Shown here: piece after piece, positions 51,201 through 64,000 of the stretch
Layout of the letters: every line of letters starts with the position of its first letter
Numbering within the stretch: the first letter of the stretch is position 1
NCBI GenBank assembly: GCA_002633005.1
Contig: NMRA01000278.1
Location: 174,048-238,047, forward strand
Length of the DNA stretch: 64,000 nt
DNA from: Phoronis australis
Lineage: Eukaryota; Animalia; Phoronida
Reading direction: 5' to 3'
Position numbers and translations under genes: made by a program
The notes under the pieces: model-generated
The model's input: the letters and a program-made list of their open reading frames with translations, nothing else
Told to the model about the DNA's origin: nothing
Database searches by the model: none

Positions 51201-54200
51201 TCCCAAAACAATGTTAATTGGACTTTAGGACAGTAGAGACTTCTTGAAAGTCCAAACAAGGATCTTGGTAGATATTTTAGTACAAGCCAAACAATTGCCA
51301 CCAGAAGAGACAAAAGTGTTCGAGAATCAAAGCCAGCCATTCTTTCCCCACTTGGAACACCCCTGCGACTAAATTCAGTCACAATACTAAGTGCAAGCAG
51401 TTTGGCTGGTAAAGAGGGCATCAAAGGAGGATTCGAAAATAATAAAAACGTTCCCTAGAGGGCGCAGAAAACGCCATATTAAAATCCGTGGCCCAACACT
51501 GGAAGATGTCGTCGTCATCTCAACAGAAATCGAAATGCCAAATTCCATAAAATTTCGTCAAGGAACATGCACACCATCAGCATTAAAATTGCCATGAGGG
51601 GACGCAGTGCTAGTCGGATATTTTTCGAAAGTCACTTTCACAGAAGCGCATCTTTTGACTTTCACGAAGATCCTTAGAGGACGGTTCAGGCAAAACAGCA
51701 AATGCATGACAACGGACGCTTATGTAACGATACACCAATACGCACCCGGCGTACCAATAGAAGTAAACCTGAACGGTAATATTTACACACGCATAACCTG
51801 TGCGTCCTTGACTTTACCTTGACCTGCCGCCTGTGAAATTTTTTGAGAGACAGAAACGACCGAAGTGTTGAACTTTTTCTTGTATTTAATGCAAAGTGAA
51901 AAATAGTGAAGAAAACTTATCAGTATCTGGTTCCTAACCCCTGGAGTGGACCTGCATATACATCGGTGTAACAATATCATGTTACTTACATTTTCTGTGC
52001 ATGACGTCGTGTTGATCGTACAAGTAAAGCAGACCGAGTTGAATACAATGAGCACGCCATATCTGCTTTGTCGCACCCCGTCGTTACTCACGTGCACCTT
52101 ATACGCAACTGGGTCAATTGCGTCACGTGATGCAACTTGTTTGTTAATTTCCGGAAGTGGACAGGTGACTTCGGCGTAATTCTCAAAAACAGCAGTTTTA
52201 TTGTGTACCGCATCGTGTGTGGGCATCAAACCTTGGGGTCCAATCTGATAATGAGAGTTGTTTAGATAACTTAATACAGCTAACTCCAAAGTACAGTCGT
52301 TTATTCGTGTTAGACAGAAATATATGAATGAAGAGTATTTGGGTTCTGAACCTTGATAGACTGAAACGAACTAGAGTCTAGTCTAGCGTATAAGTAAGAC
52401 GCTATCAACTGACCCTCAGTCAAAATTTGATTTAAAACATAACATTTAGCTTATTTTTTCTCATACTAGAGGTAGCCAAAGGGAGCAAGCAACCTCTAAA
52501 ATCCTGCCATTGTTTTTTTTTTAAGAAAGTAGCCACAACTGACATTTGAAAAGGGAATGTGTAGGTGGTCAAGAACGTTTCTCCACAAAAACCCGATTTC
52601 AGACTAAAATCCACAAATCTGTCATTTTCCAAGTTGCATTCAACGGTTTACGAATCATCTTAAGTTTCGTTAAACGAAAACTTGAATCAGAGAACGGTAA
52701 CAGCGTGTTTGAGATCTCACCTTTTACATTGATATCCAATAAAAATTAATCATGTCATTGACACTGTTATTTTGCTATCAATGTAACTTTCTTTATTGAT
52801 AAATTTTGTCTAACATGTTAACGTGACCCAATTAAAATAGATTAGTAAAACGTCAACAATTAAATTCTACTGAGTTAAAATCTAAAGCTTCCGTGAAAAG
52901 CTGCCAAATACCCAGTCTGGTCAATAACGTCCTACATGTACAATCCTAATAGCATCACAAAATTGGTGCATCATCAGCATAAAAGGTGGCGCTCTGGTGA
53001 TTAATTACTTAAAGAGAAATATACCTTTTGCTGGTAGAAATGGCACGTGAGCTTGTCGTTCTCCAAAAAGTTGTTTCCAATTACGGGGTTAGACTTGCAC
53101 TGTCTCGTCTTTAGGTCACACATTGGGGTGTAGAAGAGAAGCGGGGCGGCTGTCATATTAATGGAACAGTCAGGACCGGCAAAACTTTCGTTGCAGACAC
53201 AAGAACCTGAAGTGTTTTGAAGAGAGAAGCATTCCACGCCAATATCAACACTTAAAAGAACACTAAACCCTGTTTTGGTGATTTCTGAAAATCGTCGGTC
53301 TGTCACCTGCTAATCTTATAATTGGCGTCAATTTTGAAAAATAAAAACAGCAGTCAACTAAAACTCATACCCCCTATCTCATTAATTGTACATTATGGTG
53401 CTTTTCCTCCACGCTTTTGAGGTTTGTCAATGGTAACAGGGCATTAGTTTGTTTCAGAGAACTGGACGGTGGAGTCGTTTCTGGTATTTGTTAATAGGAC
53501 AAAACTGGGTTTAGTATTATTTCAACTTATCATTTTAGCGGAACAGTAAAGTTGTGAAAAGTCTGCGGCACACGCACGAACCCAGGATGTTAAACAAGAG
53601 GCAAATAATGTCAAATCCAACCAATAAGAATCCATCAGTCCTATTACATATGTCTAAGTCTGTTACGACAATAATAATCAAATACAGCGGACCATTGTTC
53701 TAAGTCTTCCTTTCACAATAATCAGTCGTTATAGGGTTCCAGGGCCATTTATTTAAAAACGGTTTTGTTTAACAGCCTACCATTAATACAGGCGCCATTG
53801 CCATTGCATTCGTTGAAGCATAGAACGCCCTCTATATCCGGTGGAGGTACGGTGACGTTAGAGTCAGGTGACTGGGGTACCCATCGCGTGGTGTTTTTGT
53901 CCAGTTCGGACATACACTGCTGTTTAACAGTATCCAGGGCAGCAGATGCCCAGTTAGGGTCATTCGTGGCCTAAATGCAGAAACCATATTGAAGCACGTT
54001 TTCTGTTTTCAGATACCTGCCTATGAGTGGATTTTCACGAGAAAAGAAAACTCTTTATGTTATGTAAGGACGTTAGAAAAATACCATGCTTTGAGACTGA
54101 AACTTTTAGATACTATGTTTCAGACACTATTTGCTGTTAAACTTTACAATTTCCACTTTTGAACAGAAGCTAACAAAAATGATATTTTTATAATTTTGAT

Positions 54201-57200
54201 GACGAACTCAAAAGCTGCACAAAATGTTAAAGATACCGTTATTTTTTATGGATGCGGCCTTCTTTTTTCATAAAATGTACTAAAACACTGGATTGTGTGG
54301 CCCATCCAATGGAGGCTTCGTATTTTAAACTCTTTTTACGTTCAGAGAATATGACTTAAGCTCTAGCTTTGTAGGCTAATGCAAAAAAGCAATTCATTTG
54401 TAGACAATCGAAACATTTCTGATCTACCATACGTGTATATGCCAGCGTCTCAAAGCACATGCCTCCATTTCCAGATACACCTGTATCTATAGGCCTATCT
54501 GATTTTAGGGGCGTGGTATTTGATGCAAAAACACTAGGATACAACCAAAAAGCCAATTAGGGACACACAAATAGAACTTTGAATGAATCTAAGGCGTATG
54601 TCAAACGAATGACTTTTTTATAAATTGCCTACTTTAGGTAAACTTGATACACACATAAACAGAAAGCCAAGTTACGTGGGATTTGCTATACTAAATGTAG
54701 AGCTGGGATGCACATCTGTTCACCTATAGTTGTTTCTTTCTCTGTTAACTGATGTAAAGTATCGTTAAAACATATACCGGACCCTTCCCCCCGGCTAGAT
54801 GAGCTTGCATCAATGTATTTTGCATGAAAGCAAGTCTAAAATATATGCTAACTATTTGACTGTGCAAACATACCATTAAGTCTAGAACGCAAGCATCTAT
54901 AGGTCCATCAGTATCGATGTTTAGAGCAGAACACTTCCGCCCTGCCTCTGTACCGGAAATGTAATTGGTGCAGTATTGTTGAGCTGTCTCATTCGTGAAG
55001 GGGGCTGCACGTCGGTGTCGAGACTAGAATAGAGTGGAAAACGTTTTGGTTCCAAAAAACATGATTATCTTTCAATAACGTCACATTCAGCTATAGTTTA
55101 ATACACGACTAACACAAGTTTATTCGTAGTTACAACGTGTCCTAAAGTCCAAGGCTCTGGTTCAGTCTCGAACCATCTTCAAAGTTATATAAGAAGCACA
55201 TTGGCAAAGAAAAAATACACGAATACAGCATGTATCAGAGCTCTAATTGGAACGTTGCCAGCAAATCATTGATTTCAATTTATCAGACTTGAACAACGCA
55301 TGCACACCCATGGGGGCTCGAGTGGCTCAAACGAGCCCCCCTTCCCCCATCTGGCAAAGTGGGCAAAACGGTTCGCCTCGGAGAAACACAAAACTGCAAA
55401 AACAAAGACGAAAACGAGACAAAGTGCACTAAAAGACAGGTACTACCAAAATTCGGGAATGCACAATTCATAGCTATGAACGTACCAAGTGAATCTAAGT
55501 AAAATGTCCACATTCTCAAAAATTTAAGCCCCCATTTTTTTAGGCTGGGTGCGCGCATGAGCTACGTGCGAGTATCGCAATCATACAAACGAAACAAACT
55601 TACAGGACTTTCGTTTGAGGACACAATGTCATCTGCTCGTGGTTGAGCCACTAAAGTATAATCACTTTCGTCGTAATCCAAAAAGTCTACATGGTCGTGC
55701 CAGCTTGTATCTCGTCGTCTACGACAGGGCTCAAATCTACTATCTGAAACGTCACGCTGATTTCGTTTTGGCTGACACCGTGGGACGTCGCCTCCAGTTC
55801 TGCATTCACTAACGTCCACAACGCCTTGGGCGTCGCATGTGCAGTACAAATGTCCGTCGAAGTTTGACAAACGCTCGTCGTTTTTAAATGAGCCTGAATG
55901 CCAATGAAGTATGCTGTTTTTCTCTTCCAACCTGCAATGTTATCCAGAAAATTGATGCTCTATAAAAATTAAAATCATATATCAGGTTGTGAATGAATAG
56001 CCTGAATCTAAGTAACCTGCACTATCAGACTTTACAGGTAACCACACCGGAAATTGAGGGATTTATAACCACGTGACTTATATTTACCAGAATGCGACGA
56101 ATAAGAACGAATGCAGTATGATGAGTTCTACTGCATCCATCTTGCGTAGAGGTAAATGTGCTTTTTCCTCATGGACCCGTCGAAAGAAAGAGTAACGCAA
56201 ATGTAGAGGAAGCGGAAGCTGGAAGGTTTCTGATCTTGACAACAGATCGCGTTCCCGTCAATAATAACAGTAACTTACAGTTTTAGTTTGAATATCTGAT
56301 GCGAAATGTTGGCAAGTTGGCTGATCATTTTAATGCCCAGTTTCTCCCACAATCACAGTACACATTCCACCATCAATCATTACGTTGGGTGGCTCTTATA
56401 CAACATGCAATTCAACTTACCTCCAGCTTTCAGTAAACTCAAGTGGGTGGTAAGGATAACCATAGCACTGCTGACCGTAATCAGCTGGCAGAGTCTGTGA
56501 TCCTTTCGGAATAAGGTCGTTTGAGCAGTTCAGGTCGTAGCGCCCGCACAGTCCTTCTGTCTGCTCTAAATCTCTAAGGGATGCTTCAACGTATAGGTTT
56601 ATGAACGAGCTCCAAGAATCTTCAATGATAACTGACGTACCTGTGTGTAGTTGAACCTTGGGATAATAAAGTAAACTGTTGTTATTTCCTAACCGGTGAC
56701 GAACGAATAATGACAACTACTTCTGAGACATGAATGTAGTCGGCTCTGGTTGGAGTTATATGGCGATTTCGTCATACGAGAACCCATTTCTTTAATTTAC
56801 TAAAACGTGACAAAGAATTACTTCTCAGATTGCATTCATACCCATACTCATACAACTGACTCACAATAACCCGTGTCTTAGTATTTAAATACAATATGTT
56901 CTGGAACTTTTGACCAGTAAGCAAACAGAAAACAATTTCTACAGCCAAAAAAGTGATAACTTTAGCCATACCACTCCAAAAGGTGAAGTTATAGGGGCAA
57001 TCACGGCTATATCACGTCCACAGGACTCTGGCCACCAGTTTTGCCTTTCCCTATGGTTGCCAACAAATCTCTCATCCTGATAGTGCCTTCCTCTTACAAC
57101 GCCCTCTATCAAAACCTCTTGCAGATTCCACAAAAATAACGTTTTTTCACACCCACTCCAGAAGTATCTCACGGAAAGTAACTTCTTTGTTAATCGGACA

Positions 57201-60200
57201 ACCACAGATAAAACCATAAATAAATGACGTTGTTCATACAACGCTGTGAGATCTAGAAAGTCGCAAGAGGAGGCACCGCAATTTTTGAAGGAAAATGTTA
57301 TGAAAATGGCCTATCGGCCGTGATTGTTTTCTGTTGGCAGTACTAATTAGGACAACTGTGCTTTGCAAAACTAGTGAGACATTTAGTTTCGACCCTTGCA
57401 AAAGGAGTCTTGCCAAAGCTGTTGCTTGTCTAGTACATGTAAGTACACGTATCCTAATTCCGCAAGATAAGTTTTTGTCTTACTTTGTAAATCTAAGGTA
57501 GCTCAACAGATTGTTTGGTCCTAGAATTTTTTGAGACTTGCGCCTGCTGAGATATCGTGAGGTATATGTATCCAATTTTGACCGTTTCTAAGTACTCGTC
57601 TTTCGGTTCACTTTTGGGTGGTACATGCACATTTCAGATAATTCCAGTTCATTGCCAAAAGATGCATTTTGGTGATAGATTTTGTAAAGTCATTGGCATT
57701 AATCAGGCTACAAAACAACAAAATCTGTTTTTGATTTTCTTACAAATCGTCAATTCTTACCGTGTCTTTAGACAGTCACTGACATCAAAGCAGGTAACTT
57801 CACCGGTTGAATACGCTCAAAATGTTTTGATATTTATCGAGTAGGGTTTAGATTCGCCAGATTAACGTTTGTAGCCTGCTAAATTCGGGGATAAAGGTTC
57901 GATACCACCTGATGCAGATCTAAGAAAATTACTTTTCTCTTCCATACGTTTTCTTTCATTGATAAGACAAACGTTTGAATATTTACCACATATCTCCGGC
58001 CGCCATTTTCCTGAAGGATTCTGGCTCCTCGTAGTTGGTTACATGAACCTCGAACAGCCACACGTAACCTGTTGCTAGTTCCCCACGAACTAATATCAAT
58101 CACACTTCGCCCACATTTATCAAATGTGATGACGTCACCAGCAGCCAATATTCCAACTGCACAGTTGCAGTATGGCGCACGATTGTTTCTGCCACAGCTT
58201 TTGTATTGAGCGTGAACCTTGAGAAATAAAGACGGGAGTGGGAAAAAGCTTTAGATGTCAACAGAATATGTGTTTTTCTATTTTAAGGGAAATTCCGTCA
58301 AATACGTAAATGGTTTAAAGAGGCTTGGAACGCGATAAACAGATTGAATTGCAATAAACACAATGGTTCTCTGCCATTGAAACATAATTCAGCCTGCTCA
58401 CCGGGTATTTTCAGAGTATGCTTAATTGCTGTAGATATAAAGCATTTTCCTTCAGTTTCAAATTTCAAAAATACCGCTCCCCACTTGGTCGATTTTTCTC
58501 TCACAAGGCAAAGCACTTCTCCTTATTAGGTATCGTGGCAAGACATAGGTGTTGCATATTTCCCTTATATGGGAAATGTGACCTTTGACCTCAGGCGACT
58601 TGAAGCAACTGGTTCTGAGCTAAGGCACACATTTATTGTAAGTGAGAGGGAGATTAGAATCTCTGTGATAACCACGGAGTTTTTCATTCACGCTATTTCA
58701 AAAATCGTGAATTTTGTGATTTTTTCTGTAAATTTTCTCACAAGGGAGAGTGAATTACTCTGTACTAGACGATGGAAGATGGTACTTTCGTCATGGATTG
58801 TTTAAAGATATTTTTTACGAGCTTTCACGTTCCATGCCCTTTAAAAATTCAGGTGATTACCTCCAGAGGTTCTGTCAGGTGTCTATACAGCACAAACTCT
58901 CCTTCTTTCTGTAGTTCATAATATCTGTAAAAATATAGTTAACAAACACGTTTTTTTAGGTATTTATTGCGAATCGTTGGCAATATTTCGAATTATGCTG
59001 CAGTATCTGAATTTCGGTAATATTTCATGAACGCAAAATATGAAAGGAGTTCTCTGGTTATAAATAATCAAAGCAAATAGGAATGACTTGGAAATTGTGA
59101 AATAAAAATATTGAGCTTGTGTTCTGTATTTTAGCCCAAAATCAATTTTAGTATCAGAAAAAGATAGAGTTCACAATATTTCAAATTACATAACTGCAAT
59201 TAGGGTAACCGGAGTTTCTCAGTAACAGTAAGCCTTCAGGTAATATTATCCATTTTTGATTCCACAAGTTTCTGACCAATACTAAGTAAGTACTCGGAAT
59301 TCATGTGTACGTAAACGCCATTTACCTGCCATCAAAGGACTTCATATGTGGGTCGTTGGTACTTCTGCATACAGCAACAGGCTTGTCTTTGTCTTTAATA
59401 AGAACCTGAAAGCGTTCTGTCGCATATACATGTAGTGATACTAGCTATTATGCGCTATTATGCGCGTACAATGTGCGTATAATGTATGCATAATGTATGT
59501 ATCTCTCGTATTTAATGCCCTTATAATGTGTGTAATATATATATATATATATAAATACTAAATATGTATAAATTTATTATATGATATATGATCTATATAT
59601 ATATATACTATTCGTTATGCCTTACGCATTAGGCATCACGCATTCTGTATTATATATAGATCATATATCATATAATAAATTTATACATATTTAGTTTTCA
59701 AACACAAAGTTGTCCGCAATTTATCATTTTTTAAAGTTTCACGTTCAAAGCAAAAATGAATTCCTGTCACAATGTATGATTATGTGACGTTTAAAGGCAT
59801 GAATTAAGATTTTTCAATTATCGAAATCACCGGTGAATATTACGCACATTGTTTGCAACCAGCATTTATTGCCCCAACTCTCATCCCAATTCTGAGTTAA
59901 TAAATTCGGAGAAACATAATCAACACCCCTAAGTGTCTATTTTCATAACCATATTGTACAACAGGGATCCAAATACAGAGGCAACTGCCAGGAAACTTCC
60001 GCGGCTATGAGACGCTGCACTAATTGTTTGTTCGCTTGGCAACTAATCGACATTACCATAATGTTGTCTTCTAAAAGTTTAAGGCGGTAGATACAGTATC
60101 AGTGCATGGTGCTTCTTCAACAAATAATTTTTTTAACTCAAAGTAGTCCGCTCACCACCTAAAAACCGCTAACGCGCACTTGAAGTTCGCTGCCGTAACC

Positions 60201-63200
60201 ACATTTGAGAGGTTTCACCGAGAATTGTCCTATATTGCTTCGAAACATAACGCGAACAAATTCCAATTATGATATAAAGGAAAGTTTAAATTCATTATTC
60301 ACTGTTGTCTAAGGTTTTCTTTTTCAAAAGGTCACACGATCGAAATCATAAAAGAGGAGTGTAGTAGCGTATTAGCTGAACGAAAAACTAGCCAAGAAAC
60401 GATGATATAGCAAGTTGCCAACTGGGAGATGGTTGGTGGTGATAGTAGCCACACCTCGTTTGCTGCACAGTTCATTTTGAAGCATTTGGGATACTTGGGC
60501 GTGTTTTACTCTGCCCAGGTTTGTAAAGCCACCCTATTCGAACTCTGGATCCGCATTCAGACCCCCTTCGCATCTTAATCATCTACCGGGCGAGTCTTTC
60601 GTCGTAGTTTGGATATGCCCTTGGCGTCCCTTGGGTCTTACCTTAATTTCTGGGAGGTGATAATTTGCCCAAGCACTGTGACCTATGACCTGGCTAGGTG
60701 TACGAAGTCTAACAGAACGCAGCACGTGGTCGCCCTGTTGGAGAAGAAAAGCAAACATAGGCACTGTTTATATTTGAACATCATCGAGTATACTCTTGAA
60801 TTCAAAAACCTAGATAACGGCGCCGCGCCTTAATGAATCACCTCATAAACAGGTTTACATCCTTTGAAAACTATGTCAAAAGGTTGACCTTGTCACACAG
60901 ACGGTAACAGCGTAGAGACAGCTGATCTTGCGTAATCGCAAAACGTGACTTTTGATTGACGAGTTAACGTAAAAGACCGTTAACAAAATGCAACCTTCAG
61001 TTTTTTTAGAAAGTCTAGCCATCCAGGAAATAATGCAACGTAGTAAATGTATCTTAATCGGCTTTAAATAACATTATCTTTTTTCTGAAGCTGAAGGTGG
61101 CGCTGCTGATTTTTTTGTCTGAAAGGTCATTGTAATGAGGTAGCAATGAGTTACACAGAAAAACGATACTCATGTTTCGTGTCAACACGTCTCAATTTCG
61201 GTAATATTCCATTGTAACAAAGTGTGAAAAGAATTCCTTGATTAAAATAATCAAAGCAAATAGGAATGACTTGGAGTTTGTGACTTTAACACATTAAGCT
61301 TGTTTGATGTATTTTAGCCCCACATCATTTTTGATACCAGAAAAATTTACAGTTTACAGCGTACACTTTTCTTACCTGGGTAATTGGTTACTTTAATCTG
61401 GGGCAGGACACAATGATGACACCCCGGCCGTAGCTTGGACCCCTTCTCCCGGTAGCCATTAATTTGGAGCAGCATGGGTAGGACCCATTCACACCGCCAT
61501 TGGATGGGAGCCACCCATCCACCCGGTCGCGTCGTAACTTAGTCCCCCTCCCAGTCGTTTCCTAGTTCCGGCACTGGCACTCTTTTCTGGTGCCCGGGAG
61601 CAACTACCCCACTCCCCAACCTAAACTTTGCATGAGACTCGGCTAGAATTTTGTAAACTGAAAGTTTTTCAAGCCTGTCACGTGATTAACCATTGTTTAA
61701 GCCGGGTCTAGAACGAATGTTGGTGGCCAGAGTGCCAGATGATGGATTGGATTCTACAACATGCATTTCTGTCATGGATTAAAGTACTTGCAATGCGTGC
61801 CTAAATGTGGGTAAGGCCCACACAATTACACGCGCCCAGTGATATCACCATTAGCCATCCGTACCACACTACTTCACGTACCCGTTCTATTTTACCATCA
61901 ACTGATGCACGAACTTTTATGGTATGGATATCACTCCAGTTAGATTTATGTATCTTAGTGCCACAGCTTGTCGCCATAGCAACTTGAGGTATGGCTTCTC
62001 CAGTGGAACAGTGGGCGCCATCCTGGCTATCTCCAGGTACAAAAGCCAAAATATCCAGCGGTTCGTCACCAAAGTAGGGTGCGTGCAGTTTGAGACGGAT
62101 GTCGATTTCATTGTCCTCCTGTACCTCAATTGGTTGATCAGAGTAATCTAAAATCTATTAAAAATAACCCCAGTAGTTAGAGATTTGTATTTAATACCAC
62201 ACTTGCTCGCAGTGCAGCCAGATTGGCAATAACAGCAGTAATGACGAAAACATTTTCAAAGATATTACAGATGGCAAACTGTAAATAAAATTTGTTGAAT
62301 TGCCCAAACATTCCGGACATCAGCGCCTTGGGCGTGACATAAAAATTAAACAAAAACGATGACGTGGGTAAACGTATCTGAGTAGCACTAAGCCTTGTGC
62401 TTAAAAATAGTTTCATGAAAATGCATACATTTCAAGCGACAATATCATTAATCAGTAACACGTCTCAAACCAACCTCTCCAAAAGATTCGCTGCATTTTT
62501 CTGGTGGTAAAACTCAATCAGCTCAATGAGCTAAATCTCATTCTTATTTAGCTCATTGATCAGGCTGACGAATCAGAATTCCCTACTCTGGCACATTTTA
62601 TCGTTCTAAGAACTGGTGTCAAGCCAAGTGAAATAGGGATATTCAATTGATCGGTGAAAAATGACTTGCGAGGTACATGTAAGACAGAAATTATGATTTA
62701 CGCCCCCACATGTCTTAATACAAGTGTTGCCACGCAATTGTCAGAACATTACAGTTAAGAAATACTCTATGTAAATTATTCTAAGCAGATACCAATTGTC
62801 GGTACATGTTTGAAGACCCTTTGCCATTGCTGAGTTGAGACAAAGTAAGTTTTCCAAAGACACGAAGCCCATGCAGGTTATAGGACTTCGCCATTTACTG
62901 TCTACGAATATAAGTGGTGTATACACAATCCTGTTTCTGAGGCACAGGGCAGACAAATTATATGTTTGTGATTGACCGAAAAATGCGACCAGAGCTACCG
63001 CAATCTAAATTCAATACGAGATGGATTCTCACAGCAAACGTAACAAAAGTTTTTTTACAGCATCCTTTATTCTTTTTGATGGGGAGTATTGTGGAATTTA
63101 CGAGTACACTGGTAGAAAACATGCCCTAAAGTCCTTCAGTAGACTTCGCTCTAATTGGATCTAGGGGCACGGGTGTTGATTGTTTTTTGGAGACTTCTAC

Positions 63201-64000
63201 TAAGTGTTGAACTCTAACTTACACTATTGACGTAATGCTAAGACATTGGTCATATAACGGCCACAAGAGAGTAAGGGCAGATCGTGGCCAACCAATAACG
63301 CTTTAGTTTGACCTGTGGTAGAAAGAAGTGACGCCCTTTGTCAATCTGGCGGTGAAATGAATTGAATTAGATTGAGATAACCAAATAAATCTAAAAGACC
63401 TCAATGAAGTCAAATCTGATCGTGGATTTTTCGTTTTGAAGAGAACGTGTAAAGTTCGCTTACCATTTTCAGAAGCATTTACATGCTCTGTTTACTGGAC
63501 ATACATTGCGTTTGGTTACTTACATGTATGCCTCATGAGCAAGAGTCGTATATGTATTGAATATTCACAACTTACTTCAATGCCCAGAAGTTTGTTGTTA
63601 CTTTGACGCCATTGACTGTATAGTTCACCAGTAAAGTAGCGAGCCTTGCATGAGATCTAGAGCAAAAAAAGGCTGCATGTAATCTTTGAAAACAGTAATT
63701 GAAAATGGACTTTCTGAATGTTAAAATGTGCAAATTATTAGGCAAAGAACAGTGGGAGTATATTGCATCACATAACCAGAAATTAAATACCATACTTGAG
63801 AAAAAATACCACGCCTGCGTTTAACAAGTTTCTTTCTAAAACTAAAACCTTGATCGAACTCACCTCTTTACCAAAGTAAGACCAAAATTTTCGGTCTTCC
63901 TCATCCAAATCTATTTGCGCTAGTTGAGTTTTCACGCGCTTGAAATCAATTTGGTTAACTCCAGCTAGCCATAATATCTCTACAGTGACGAGTTCATTGT
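48052..64000 (-). CDS. VWDE-like: Gene B (partial, 5' end beyond window; 15 exons found): convergent paralog of gene A, VWDE-like membrane protein
   Basis: Exons match gene A in order and phase; lengths 273, 80, 64, 231, 150, 190, 182, 255 and 172 nt are identical; no stops or frameshifts seen; terminal exon not located. Confidence 0.88.
49959..50319 (-). CDS. Gene B exon: three Cys/Trp repeats
   Basis: CGIEGRCY..W, CVIKDKCY..W, CIIDGLCY..W. Confidence 0.9.
51014..51151. mobile_element. Copy of the CAGGGGCGGATC-TIR element
   Basis: cattggcggatttag...ccctaaaattctc...ttggcagttcg...taactcaaaat...atccacccctg is shared with 5857-6178. Confidence 0.65.
51990..52244 (-). CDS. Gene B exon: IPT-like domain
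   Basis: IGPQG...EVTCPLP...VHVSNDG...CTEN. Confidence 0.92.
53025..53206 (-). CDS. Gene B exon: EGF end and IPT-like start
   Basis: [15 protein letters not shown]...LTCHFYQQK. Confidence 0.92.
53781..53970 (-). CDS. Gene B exon: C8-like end and EGF start
   Basis: ATNDPNWA...CFNECNGNGACIN. Confidence 0.92.
54874..55023 (-). CDS. Gene B exon: furin site 2 and C8-like domain
   Basis: SRHRRAAPFTNETAQQYC...ACVLDLM. Confidence 0.9.
55604..55931 (-). CDS. Gene B exon: furin site 1 and acidic peptide
   Basis: ...YCTC...CRRRRDTSWHDHVDFLDYDESDY...ESP. Confidence 0.9.
56421..56656 (-). CDS. Gene B exon: VWD end
   Basis: VQLHTGT...TEGLCGRYDLNCSNDL...EFTESWR. Confidence 0.92.
57987..58217 (-). CDS. 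Gene B exon: VWD
   Basis: VHAQYKSC...YCNCAVGILAAGDVITFDKC...QENGGRRYV. Confidence 0.92.
58861..58924 (-). CDS. Gene B exon: VWD
   Basis: YYELQKEGEFVLYRHLTEPLE. Confidence 0.92.
59326..59405 (-). CDS. Gene B exon: VWD start
   Basis: [26 protein letters not shown]. Confidence 0.92.
59557..59695. repeat. AT-rich foldback with ~45-bp perfect arms
   Basis: actaaatatgtataaatttattatatgatatatgatctatatata and its exact reverse complement. Confidence 0.9.
60642..60734 (-). CDS. Gene B exon: pre-VWD linker
   Basis: GDHVLRSVRLRTPSQVIGHSAWANYHLPEIK; strong acceptor, gtaaga donor. Confidence 0.8.
61882..62154 (-). CDS. Gene B exon: pre-VWD region
   Basis: ILDYSDQPIEV...APYFGDEPLDI...SCG...VDGKIER. Confidence 0.9.
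63576..63656 (-). CDS. Gene B exon: Ig-like part 2
   Basis: [27 protein letters not shown]. Confidence 0.88.
63864..64000 (-). CDS. Gene B exon (truncated by window): Ig-like part 1
   Basis: ...VEILWLAGVNQIDF...WSYFGKE |gtgagt. Confidence 0.85.

Overview
Intron-rich, AT-rich animal DNA, probably a marine invertebrate; not prokaryotic. Most short six-frame ORFs are noise or exon fragments. By hand-splicing GT-AG exons with consistent phases I reconstruct (A) a 27-exon + strand gene at 6218-42323 (~1400 aa; the signal-peptide exon was not found). It encodes a mosaic type-I membrane protein: C-type lectin, 4 EGF, UMOD/GP2/OIT3-type D8C, Ig-like, VWD, a double furin cassette, C8-like, EGF, IPT-like, Cys/Trp repeats, TM and a short tail, i.e. 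a VWDE-like protein. (B) A convergent, tail-to-tail paralog on the - strand (48052->64000, running off the window) has matching exon order and phases. A decayed 5'-truncated LINE lies between them. Introns hold a BEL/Pao relic, several MITE-like inverted-repeat elements, tRNA-derived SINE-like heads and minisatellites. The most notable points are a conserved 37-aa acidic, Tyr-rich peptide bracketed by two furin sites in both paralogs, the lectin+D8C+VWD+TM architecture, a probable gene-conversion tract, and strong TACATGTA enrichment. All calls are manual; no database searches were run.
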